This document shows positions 1 through 11,325 of a stretch of DNA of 64,000 nt, in pieces. A program made the position numbers and the translations under genes. The stretch's first letter is position 1, and each line of letters begins with the position of its first letter. Where the stretch lies: the NCBI GenBank assembly GCA_020891255.1, contig BQFW01000012.1, positions 806,001 to 870,000 on the forward strand, in the 5' to 3' direction. This stretch comes from Entomortierella parvispora E1425. Its lineage: Eukaryota; Fungi; Mortierellomycota. A model generated the notes under the pieces. The model did not search any database. It had not been told where the DNA came from and saw only the letters and a list, made by a program, of their open reading frames with translations.

Positions 1-298
1 CATCTGAATACATGTGGTACAGTACTGTACATGTTCATTGCCAACGCATGCATGCAAAGCCAACTTGTCCTGGTGGGTTCTCTTGTCCCCCCTGTCTTTT
101 TTGTTTTTTCAATTGTTGTTTTTAGTCCGACACAACATCAACACCCCCGAAAGTGCGCCCAAGTCTACGAAGCGCAAAACTCTTATTGTGAAAGACACAA
201 CAGACAGACAACAAATCCTGGATTGTGAAAAAATCAACGCGGACTGTACCGCCACCTGTGATGCTACCTTCTCGGATACGGCGTCTGAACGGTCTTGA
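1..298 (+). CDS. Possible 3' end of an unidentified spliced gene running in from the left edge
   Basis: Candidate intron GTGGGT(73)...TTTAG(125) joins SEYMWYSTVHVHCQRMHAKPTCP to VRHNINTPESAPK...SERS-stop at 298. No recognisable domain. Confidence 0.25.
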
Positions 299-771
299 AA
301 AGGAGACAAGGATCAAAAGGAGGGAAATGGGGGGAGGGAGGTGGGGGGGGGGGGGAAACAAGATAGACTACAGATGGCGTCCACATAGAGAGGATAATGA
401 AGGACAATAATCGTAACAGATCTTCGGCCCCTGCGCTGCCCAGCAGGAACGAAATTTTTTCTTTGGGAGATGACGAGCATCGGGTCATGGGCAGAAGACT
501 TTTTTTTTTCTCTTTGTTCTCTTTCTTTTTTTAATATCTGGTTTTGTTTTCCTAATATGATTTGTGGTTATGAGTCAAGGGTTCAAAAAGAAAAGCATGA
601 AAAATGAAGAAAGAAAAAAAAAGGAATTGAAGAATATGTACACTGATATAGAAACGAAAGAAAAAGAGAAAAAAAAAATGTGATGTGAACCCAAGGCCCT
701 TGAGAGAAGAGAGAGCCACCTTTGTCGCCTCAAAAATGCCAAATAAATATGTCTAACTCTGAAACCACTTC

Positions 772-3700
772 TTACAACTTGCTCTCCGTCTCGGCAGAGC
801 CAGCAGCCGCAGATGAAGGGTTGGCCGCCGTCTGTGAAGTCTCGGGCCAGGTATAGGGCTGCAAATGTCTCTCAAACCCAAACCGTCTGATAAACTCGGG
901 CAATTGCTTGGGACCACGGGAGCCGTAGGGGTAGACCTCCACTGGGATCGATCCATCGTGGCGGTCAATCTTGTGCAGGATGGGGGTAAAGATTCTCCAG
1001 GCCTCATCCAACTCATCCGAGCGAACAAAGTTGGATTGCTCACCCATGATGGCGTCCAGGATCAAGTTCTCGTACGCATCTGGTACTTGCAAGTTTGTGA
1101 AACGAGAGTTGTAGGACAGGTTCAATTCAGACATGACCGTCTCCATGCCAAGGCCAGGCAACTTTTGAGTCATCTTCAGGTAAACGGCCTCCTCGGGCTG
1201 GACGCGGATCACCAACTCGTTTCTAGCGGCCACATCCTTGCCAAACAGGTTGTTGTTGTTGGCAGCCATCTCCTTGAACTGGATACGGATCTCCACCTTT
1301 TGTTGATCCAGTGCCTTTCCACACTTGAGGACGAATGGAACACCTTCCCAGCGAGGGTTGTGGATGTGGAAGGCAGCGGCAGCAAAGGTGGCCGTCTTGG
1401 ATCCCTTGGGAACAGTGTCGTCCTCCAGGTACGAGGGGTGAGCTCCATCCTCTGAACGACCATACTGACCCAAAAGGACCTCAGACTCGATCACAGGAGG
1501 GATGGTGCGAAGGACATCGACCTATCGAACGATAAACAAGTTCGCAATCAACGTTTTAGATCAAAGCAAGATAAACCCCTAAGGCAGAGGCACATGAACA
1601 CAAAGTTTTTTTACCTTTGCGTTGCGAATATCCTCTGCATTCAACGAAGCAGGCGCTTCCATAGCAATGAGCGACAAGATTTGGAAGAGATCTAGGGATC
1701 GATAACAACGTAAATGTTTATAGAAGAAAAGAAGAGGTAAGTCTCGCACTCTCCATTCACCCTCCATTCACTTTAGATTCGCCAAAGAGACAAAAAACAA
1801 TCCATCCAACAACAACTTACGGTTCTGCATAACATCACGCATGATACCAAACTCGTCAAAGTAGCCGCCACGGCCCTCGGTACCAATCTTCTCTTTGAAG
1901 GTGATTTGGACGTTCGAGATATGGTCGCGATCCCAGCACGATCCGAAGATCTGGTTCGTGAATCTCAAGATCATGATGTTCTTGACCATCTCCTTGCCAA
2001 GGTAGTGATCGATGCGGTAGATCTACAGCATGAATAAATGCATAGATAATAAAGAAAATGAATTAATAAAGCGTCTCGATCGAGTCTTCTGTGGAGTCGC
2101 GTATCAGTGGCCACAAAGATCGCCAGAGTTGCCAGCAAGGGACTTGTGGCGCGTCAGAGAGCGCAGCCAAGGACGTCCAAGATCGAGAACGAGGACCACG
2201 CAAGGCTGACGCGATCCTTTTTATCAGCCGAAGGAAGATATGAAAAACCAGCCGCCCCAATCGCGCCAATCACATTGGTCTCCCTAATCAGTCGCAATAA
2301 TTTTCCCCATCAAAAAAAAATCAAAAAAAAAAAAATCGCCATGCGCACTGTGCGCTGCGCCAAAGCTCCTCTCTCCTCCACTCGAACGATGTGTGAACGA
2401 AAGGTCTCTACCAAGAATGATTGTCTCCTTGAAAAACGCTTCTTTTTGGGTTCACATGCGTAGTGGATGGAGGTCGTCCAGAATCATGCCCCCTTTTCTC
2501 AGCTTCCCCGTCCGTACGGCCGACAAAACCTCAATGGCCTGACCCAACAAGCACCCAGGTAATTGACAAAGGACAAAAAAAAAAAAGGGCAAGGAGAGAG
2601 AAAAAAAGAAAGGGCGATCCAGTGAAAACGATATTTTGAGCAAGAGCAGATAGGATGAGCAAGCAAACGAGATCAGATCGCCCCACTCAATTGAGCCATG
2701 AAAGTCCTTCTCTTCCTTCTGGGTTCTTCGCAAAATCAAACCCAGCGAAAAGACGCAGTTCCTCCACAGCACACGTCTCTCGTTCCATTTTGGTTTTTGT
2801 CAGCAGCCATCCAAATCTCTTCAGTCACGTCAGAACCTGTCCCAGAGAGATTCTCAGTAATCACGATTGATCACGTCAGAATCTTTTTCTCTCTCAATCC
2901 CCTGGCTCTCGAATTATTCCCACAACCCATGGTGATACCTGAACCCACTGTAGATACAAGAAAAAGAAAGAGTATCGAGGAAAGATACAGAATAACCGTC
3001 GAGGGAGCATCCTATCCTGATAGCTGGTCCAATAATAAAATAAAATAGAAAATAAAAGCTTACCTCGTCCTCTCTGTAAAGAGCACCCAGGGCCTTGGAC
3101 AGAGTTCTCGAACTCTCGAGATCCATTCCAAAAGGCTTCTCGACAATCAAACGGTTGATACCTTTGGTCGTGTAGCAGTTCTTCTTCAGTCCGTTTGCGA
3201 CTGGGATAAAGACTGAGGGAGGCAAGGCCATGTAGAAAAGACGATCCTGGACCTTGCATTCGTGCTCAACTCTCTTCAACTCCTTCTCCAGATCCTGAAA
3301 GCCACCGTCCTGGTCATAAACACCCGAGACGTAGGTACACTGGTCCAAGAACTGGTCCAGTGCAACCTTGACCTTGGGTGTAGTCGTGTTCTTGATGTGC
3401 TGAGAAATACGCTTCAGGAAATCGGGTCGATCCATCTTTGTGCGGGCATAGCCGACGATCCTGGTCTGGGGTGCGATATGACCATGGAGAAAGAGTCCAA
3501 AGAGGGCAGGGAAGGTCTTCTTCTTGGCCAAATCACCAGAGGCGCCGAGGACTATAGGATGAAGCGTGAATGCAAGGGATAAGCAAGGCACGAGAAAAAG
3601 CAGCAGACTGTTAGTCATCATTCTTTCATGCGAAGCACAGCTCAGCGCAGCGCAGTACAGTGCAGTGCAGCGCAATCCTTTGAGGTAAGATCAAGTATGT

Positions 3701-3808
3701 CTGGGTTTGTATATCTGTCGAGGACAACAGATCAAGAAGAGAAGAGCAGGATTACTTGCCTACGATGGTGAAGACGGGTCTTCCGTTCGAGAGAGTGTTT
3801 GCAGTCAT
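772..3808 (-). CDS. ZWF1: Glucose-6-phosphate 1-dehydrogenase, 5 exons (3808-3760, 3551-3064, 2022-1821, 1691-1615, 1521-772)
   Basis: Spliced product contains [73 protein letters not shown] and [14 protein letters not shown]. All junctions are in frame. Confidence 0.97.
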
Positions 3809-5401
3809 TGTGAAAGAGGTGATGTGTTGTTGGGGAAGGAACAAGGGAGGGAGAAAGCGGTTATTTGGGCGAAGGGGGGAGTGTCTGTGCTGTTGGACAA
3901 AGAGACAATGAACAACGTGCGTGCGTGCGTGGTAAAAATTGAGAAAAAAGGAAAAGTGCGGGGTAGGTCAAGAGGTATTCACGCACAGCGAGGGAGGACC
4001 GATGGGTTGCGTTTGCGCAATGAGGAAAAGGATGGAGTGGGATGAGGATTGAATGAATGAAGAAGAGAAAGAGAGAGAAGTCAAGAAGAAGCAAAGAAAG
4101 AAAAGAAAAAGAGAAAAGAAGCAAGCAACCAAACCCACGCTGACTCGCACTCACAGCTGTGAGTCGCGAGAGGGCGTGACTCTCGAGGCTCGATGGCCCG
4201 CGGTGTTTCTGGACTCTGGCCATGCAAGCAGTGTGCTATTCATTCACGCAGTCACGGATTGTTTTTTTTTTTTTTTTGTGTTCTTTTTTATTTTTCGCAC
4301 CTTTCGCACTTACTTCTCAAAGAGGAAACGCGAACGGACAAAGAAGGTTCACCCTTGCTGGTCTGCTTGCTTTCAACTGTCGCCCGTCGGGCTGTGTGAG
4401 TGAACTATACGTGCATGTGTATTGTATGTTACGTCTGTGTTTCCTTCCCCGCTCCTGCTCGCCTTCGGTTGTACTCGTGCTTGTCAATTGTAGAGTTGTC
4501 TAGCGTATGTAGCGTATTGTCAAATGAAAAAACACCCTTGTAAACCTGCCATGTATTGTAAACACAAATAAATCAGCTCTCCCACGCGCGTTGTGCTCAT
4601 GTACATTGTTACTTGCTTGTTTGACTGAACTTGGCTTGACTCAGAGCAATGAGTCGGTCGGACCACCTTGCTCCTCCTAGATGAATCACCCAGCCGACGC
4701 GAGTCTTCCTTTGCACGCTCCAGTTCGCAACCCCGATCCGCCTCTCTGTGCGTGCCCATCCCTTGCACGCACACATCTCTCTCGCTCTCCGATCTCTGCG
4801 CATGTTGGCATCTACACCCCGTATCGGCCTATCAATCGTCCTCTTGTCTCCGTAGCGCGTAGTGATATTCTCAGAGATCCCCTGCGAAGGGAGCAAAAAC
4901 CTTCTGGTTACACCACAAAGCATACATAGAAGATGGAGATCAGCACGCGACTTCTTTCCCTTGGATCCGTGAATAGTCCCCGGAACACGGGGATCCCGCC
5001 ACGTCCCCTCTTATTGTCCCTTGCTTCTTTTTCTATATGTATAGCTGTGAGGCGATTTTTTTCCTCCTCCCCTGCGAAACCCTGTCCGTGATTCAATTCC
5101 ATGGCCAGCATAAAATGCGGTTTGGGTTGTTCCAAAAAACTTTTGGGTGCTTTCTTTCCTCATTCCTGGTAACATATCATTCTTCTCTTCCCTCGCTTTT
5201 GATTTCTTGCTTGTACGCCTCCCTGCACCTAACTCAACTCCACTCTACCCTTCTATCGCCCCATCCTTCTCTTTCTCTTCCCTTTTGCCAGCGATTTGTT
5301 AATTAAAAAAAAAAAATCAAGAAAAAAAAAAAAAAAAAAGAGTTGTATCGAAACGCAGCTACATACATACACAGGAGAGCAGGGTCAGAGCGCATCCAAT
5401 A

Positions 5402-7016
5402 ATGGCACCCCTCAAATTCCCCAGCCTCGCGCTGTCCGTCCTTCTCATCTCTCTTTTCTTGGTCATTCTTCCACAAAGTGAATCCTTCCCTGCTCCCTAC
5501 AATCAGGCTCAGCTCATCGCATCCGAGTCGAATCCCTCTCTTTACAGGAAAAAGACCGCCATGGACATCTTCCTAACCTCGATTCGCTCCCGTCTGGAGG
5601 AAGAGCCCAGCAACAAAGTCATTGTCGTCACCGGAAACGAATCTGCTGGTACGAAGTGGCCATGTATTGTAAAACGAAGCATTGTCTCCATGGTGAAAAC
5701 TGATACCCCTCTGGGCCCCCCTCTTCTTCCCATCCTTCTCCTCCCCCCTGCTTCTGTTTGTTTCCTTAGACCTCGACTCCATCGTCTCGGCTATCACAAC
5801 CTCCTTTTTTTGGTCGCGTCAACACCAACATTCTACTCGGGAGTTGGAACAGGAACAGGAAACCGGCAAGGAGAAAAAGAAGTCCAGGAAGGGCCCCATC
5901 GTTGTTCCCTACATCAACATCCCCAAAACTGACCTTTCCCTCCGGTCCGATGTCGAGTTTGTTCTCTCCTCCAACCATATCTCGTCTGATAACATCTTTT
6001 TCCGGGACGATCTCCCTCTGCTGGAAGCCTTGCAGGCCAAGGGTCTCCTGTCCTTGGTCTTGGTCGATCATAACAAGATTATGGGCACCATGAGCGCTCT
6101 TGACGGTGGAATGACCCAGGTCATGGGCGTCATTGATCACCACGCCGACGAAAACTTATACAAGGAGACTGCCAACCCAAGGAGGATCGAGGTGGTCGGA
6201 TCTTGCTCCAGTCTTGTAACGGACGTGTTTTTCAAGAAGGCTCTTAAGGCCAGCTCGACCTTGAACGACGAGGAACTGACGGCAGAGGAGTTTTTGGATG
6301 AGGAGGATATGAAAAAGAAAAAGGTCCCTACATGGGTACCTCAGGTCAGCCGTTTGTTGTTGGGCCCTATTTTGATCGATACCATGAACCTGAACCCAGA
6401 GATGCACAAGGTCAAGCCATTGGACGATGTCATGGCCAAGCTGTTGTTCCCTTACACTGGATGGAAGTCTATGGATGTTATCTACCGCAAGATTGATGAC
6501 GCTCGTCACGATACCTCTAGACTCTCTTTCTTTGATCTCTTGCGTAAGGATTACAAGGAATGGACTGTGTCCGAGTACCAAACTCGTACCCCTGTAAAGG
6601 TCGGCATCAGCAGTGTGATCGGTCTCATTGACAAGAACGCAAAGCGGTATTCGAGAGAGACCATGCAAGGCTCCATTGTCGAATGGGCCAAAAACAGGAC
6701 AGTAGACATCTCCATTGTCTTGCTGGCGGATGATCTGGGCGAAGCCCACGGAGGATATCAACGTCAGATGATTGTCGACCCTGTATCAGCCAAGTTCCGT
6801 CAAGGCCCCGGACCTCTTTTCACACAACGACTGGAGGCCATCTCAGATTTGCAGCTGGAGAGGACTTTGTCCATTGACACGGAGGACTCTGACAAGAGAG
6901 GTGTCCGTGTGTACTTTCAACATAACAACACCTGTACCCGTAAACAGATCTGGCCTTGGGTTGAAAAGCTGTTGACAGAGGCACCTCTCCCGGTGTCTGG
7001 CAGCGCAAACCTTTAG
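5402..7016 (+). CDS. PPX1: DHH-family exopolyphosphatase (PPX1/Prune-like) with an N-terminal hydrophobic extension; intron 5649-5769
   Basis: GNESA|DLDS across the splice junction, plus LVDHN, IDHH, VGSCSSLV, ILIDT and LLRKDYKEW motifs. Confidence 0.9.
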
Positions 7017-8181
7017 AGTCTTTCTCTCCTCTAGAGATCGTGTCAATTGCATTTAACTCTTGTAGACTATTTATTTTTGAATAAAGAATGTGCCCAAAAG
7101 CAATTCCACTCTTCACCAGGTTGTATAGAAAATGTGGAGTGACGCGTCTCTAACACTAATAGAATGTATATTGTTGTTGCGGTAAATTCTCTCTCCTTTT
7201 GCTAAAGAGAGGCAAAGTTGTATGGACCTTGCATCACAATGTGTAGTGATGATAGAGGTAGAGTGTTTCTTACCGAGCACTCTATCTCGATATCTCCAAG
7301 TCAGCAACCACCTCCTTGTAGCCACTGGCCACTGATCCCTGCATTTCGCCTCCACCATGCTCCATGATTGGCGAGAGTTAGTACTGCTCAAATCCATGAC
7401 CGATGATGGCTTTTCTCGCCATTATCCAACGCCAAAACGCGCCAAGGTGCGCCGATCCAGAGCAGCCACTGAAAGATCTGCTAGCAATTGGTCGTCTTAT
7501 CCGTCGACCTTGACATCTCGTATCCGCCGACTTTCTTGTCCCTCATCCGCCAACCACTCCGTTTCTTGACCACCGACACTTCCGTAACCGCCGAGTTGTG
7601 AAATTTTGGAGGGTTCAAACTTACCAAAAGGTGCGAAGTAAATTCTCTCTCCAAAACTTGTGAGAAGTAGATACTGTGGATCCTATACCAATGTGTCTAG
7701 CCATATCTACCTTGTAGCTTGGCCAACGGAGTCATTGAAACTTCTGCCGTGGGTGACCGGCTGCTCGAAAGGACAGCGGTCGGTGAGAAAGACACCGATC
7801 TAGATTTTTTTTTTGGTTGACATGAACAAAGTACTTTGGTTAGGTTGAGGACTAAGGAAGGGGTCGTCGGCAGATAAGATGAAGACAAGTCGGCGGATAC
7901 GGCAATGGTTAGGTCGGTGGATTAGTGAGCGGTCGGTGGACGAGAGACAAGAAGGTCGGTGGTTTGGGTCGGTGGTAATGGTCGGCGGATAGGACGCCCA
8001 AAAAGGGAAGTCCCCCATGGTCGGCGGAAAACTAACCCACGACTGAGTCGTTGGTTAGATTCTTCAGTTGGAAACTTATCAACGATATGGTCGTTGGATA
8101 GAGGCATCGCTACCTTCGTTCGTTCAAAGCACGCGACAAAAAAAAAACGGTTAAAAAAAAAAGTAGAAAAGGCAAAAGAAG

Positions 8182-8254
8182 AGGTCTCGCCGAGACTCGA
8201 ACTCGGATTGCAAGATTCAGAGTCTTGATTGCTAACCAATTACAACACGAAACC
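8182..8254 (-). tRNA. tRNA-Gln (anticodon CTG), intronless
   Basis: Reverse complement GGTTTCGTGTTGTAATTGGTTAGCAATCAAGACTCTGAATCTTGCAATCCGAGTTCGAGTCTCGGCGAGACCT folds as a cloverleaf, with anticodon stem CAAGA/TCTTG, T-loop TTCGAGT and T-runs downstream. Confidence 0.95.
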
Positions 8255-8392
8255 TGATTTGTTCTTCTTTGATGTCAATTTTTTTTCAGAATCCTATTTA
8301 AAGTGAGCAAAATGAACACAGCACATACGATAACAACTTCTATCACGTGACAAAACAGATCACGTGTAATATTTTTGAGCAGGTAAGTTCTT

Positions 8393-10751
8393 TTATTGAG
8401 CGCCAGACGTGCCATAATCAGGAGATCCGTTTCCCGGTCGATGTCCGTGTTGCTGTCGTGCCCTCAAGCGAGCTCGCTCCAAGTGACCCGTGAACCCTGC
8501 AGTTGAATGCCTTCGCCTATGTGGGATAATGGTGATGATACCCTCGCCGACAGACTTTGTCGTCACCAGATTCTGGTCATCCTCCAGATCCGAGTCCACT
8601 CCTGTATCCCCGCCATGCCGATCCACCCATAGCAGATCCTGAGAGTACCGGCGTTGGCGACGGTATTCAAACCCAGGCTCTCGCGGGTCGTATCGGTGAT
8701 GTCGTTGGAGTTGACCTGCTTCCTCCTCCTCCTCCAATAATCGTGACGACGACTGCAGATCTCCGGATTCTTGATCATTCAGCTGCAAAGACCCGCCTTG
8801 CCGATAGTCCAAAAGGTTCAGGAGCGCAGAGAGACCCAACGCCACTACTGCCAGCACAATAAACGATCCTTCTACCGTCTGATACGATCCCTTTGTCTTG
8901 GCCAAGATTGACGCCACCATCATGGGAAAGAATGTCAAAGAAATGTTCAGCGCGATCGTGACTAGTCCATACGCCGTACCCAGCTGGTGATCCTTCACCA
9001 AAAACGGAATGCATGGCCAAAGCACAGAGGCAAAAAGAGAGTAGGCAAAGCCCAGGATGATCATACCAACGATGGGCGTGAACATTGTAAAACCAAACAG
9101 GAAATGAGCACAGATAATAAAGACTGCAGAGAGTGGGATATAACGAGCTCGATTTCCAAAGCAATCCACGAGATATCCACAAAGGGGCGATCCAATGGAA
9201 GAAACAATGTCGGGAATGGACTAAGGAAATAAAAAAGTGTCAAAAGTTGTTGCTTTCAATGCCAACTATTTTTTTTTTTTTTTTGGGAGAGGATCTCTGC
9301 TTCAAGGGGAGACGTACCATTACGGAGCCAGCTCGCGTTGCGTCCATGCGCCATTTCCTTTGCAAAACTTGTGGGGTAGGAGTATGAAGGTTAGACTCAA
9401 CGTAGATCATAGGACTACCTCACTAGAAATGGAGGGAGGCATAACCCAAGACGAGTGCTTACAGTCTGAGGCAATGTGATTAAAGGGGACGACCGAGCCA
9501 TAGAGTGAAATACAACAAAGGCAGAGGATCCAAAAGTTGGTTTGGAGAGTGAAAACCTCTGACCATAGCATTTGATCGTCTTCTGCCATCTCTTCCTCCT
9601 TTTCAAGCTCTTCTTCTTCCTCCAATGCCACCGATGACAAGGTCATGGTCGAATCTGAAGACACGCTGATGGCTGTCCTCCCTACGATGTTGTCTTTTCT
9701 TGATCTCAAGAGGGCCTCGTCTCTTGCTTTTCGGTCCTTTGTATCCAGTCGAACTCCTGCTATTGTCCTTGAGGGAGCCTGATCCAAATGGGCCAAAAAG
9801 AACCCACAGATGAGGCAAAGCCCGCAGACTCCAAAACCGACCCAACTTGCTGCAATGACTCCTTTCCCCTTCTCTGTGCCCTGCCTCCCCAACGCCTTTG
9901 CAATCAACGGGGACACATTGTCGTTCAACGCCGTGGCTAGTCTAGCTGATGATAAATTCAGTCCCAGTGCGAATCCCAACCACCTCGACTTGAACCAATC
10001 TGTCGTAATCTTTGCCTGTGCGACCTCGAGACACTCGCCTCCGATGCCAAAGATGAATCGACCCAAGACCATCCATCCAATCGACTTTAACGAGATGCCC
10101 ATGGAGAAGATCCCTTGTCCAAGACAAATGCATAAACTGAAGAGAATCAACATCCTGGAAGCAGAGAGTCGATCAATGAGATATCCTCCCAGAAGCGGTA
10201 GCACAATGTTGGGTAATGAGTAAACAGCGTACAGCAGGTTGAGCTGGTATTGATGTGTCCCGTCATCTGTCCCGAGCCATTCCCGGAGTTGCACATTCAA
10301 AGCCTGGATCGGTTTAGAACAAAAAGGGGTGAGTATGGTGGCCAGAACAGCAGGGCCAGGGTGTGATCGTAGCAAAGATGCATGACATTACCGCGGGTAT
10401 ATCGTAACAATAGTAGTTACCAAAGACGATCATACAGGCCAAGAGTAACACAAGCCAGTGACGCGCAGTGATGGCATGAGCCTGCTCATGTCGATGTGCG
10501 GCCCGAGTTGTGGTCTGCTGGATCAAGAGTGGACGGCGTTGTGCAGAAGGCCGTCTCTTGTAGTTGTGTTGTAGTTGTGCAGAGGCGTAGGTGGCATCGT
10601 TTTCGCTGTTGGTCCGTAGGCGCGTCCTCTGGTCATAAAAGCTGGATGGATCAGGAGTTGCGTTACTAGAGTTTTTTGTGTTGAAGTGAAGGGTGCTGGC
10701 CCGGCTATCACCATGTCGCAGGAGCGGCGTTTGCTCGTGAGGGAGAGCCAT
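8393..10751 (-). CDS. Major facilitator superfamily transporter, MFSD1-like (exons 10751-10392, 10303-9463, 9367-9318, 9220-8393)
   Basis: GNYYCYDIPA|ALN, NLLYAVYSLPNIVLPLLGGYLID and GRFIFGIGGE motifs, many TM segments, and an N-terminal acidic dileucine-like EQTPLL. Confidence 0.9.
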
Positions 10752-11325
10752 GAAGAAGAAAAAGAGAATAAGTGTAGGCAGAGGTGATGAGCAGAAGGGA
10801 ATGAAGAAGGAAATGGAGAAGGGAATGAACGCGATGGCAGCGTTGAGGACGCAGTGGAGAGTGCGGAGAAAAAAGGTTTCAGCTTCGCCTGCATTAAGGG
10901 GAAGAAGCTACACTCGAGCGAGCAGGCAGGAAGGGCGGCCAAGGTGAAGAAGACAGGGACAGAGAGAGGGATGGCCAGTGCGGGTGAGTTGATGGACAGA
11001 CAAACAAACAGATTGCCCAATGTAGATGAGCAGGGAGGCAGGCATACCCATTCACACGCGCACCTTCGTCCGCCACTTCTTCTACTAGGGTGGATCAGAT
11101 CATCTGCTGCAGCCATTGCACCATTCGTCGTTGCACAGCGTGCGAACTGTATTTGAAATCACTCCTCTTCTTTTACCTGTTCTCTTTCTTTCCTTCCTCT
11201 TTCCTCTTTCCTTCTCACGCCTCACTCGCCCTTATCATCCTCTTTCTTTCCCACTTCCTGTGCTGCTCCTTTCATATCTCTCTCTATACACTCTACGACT
11301 ACAAATAGGCAGACAATCCCACGCC

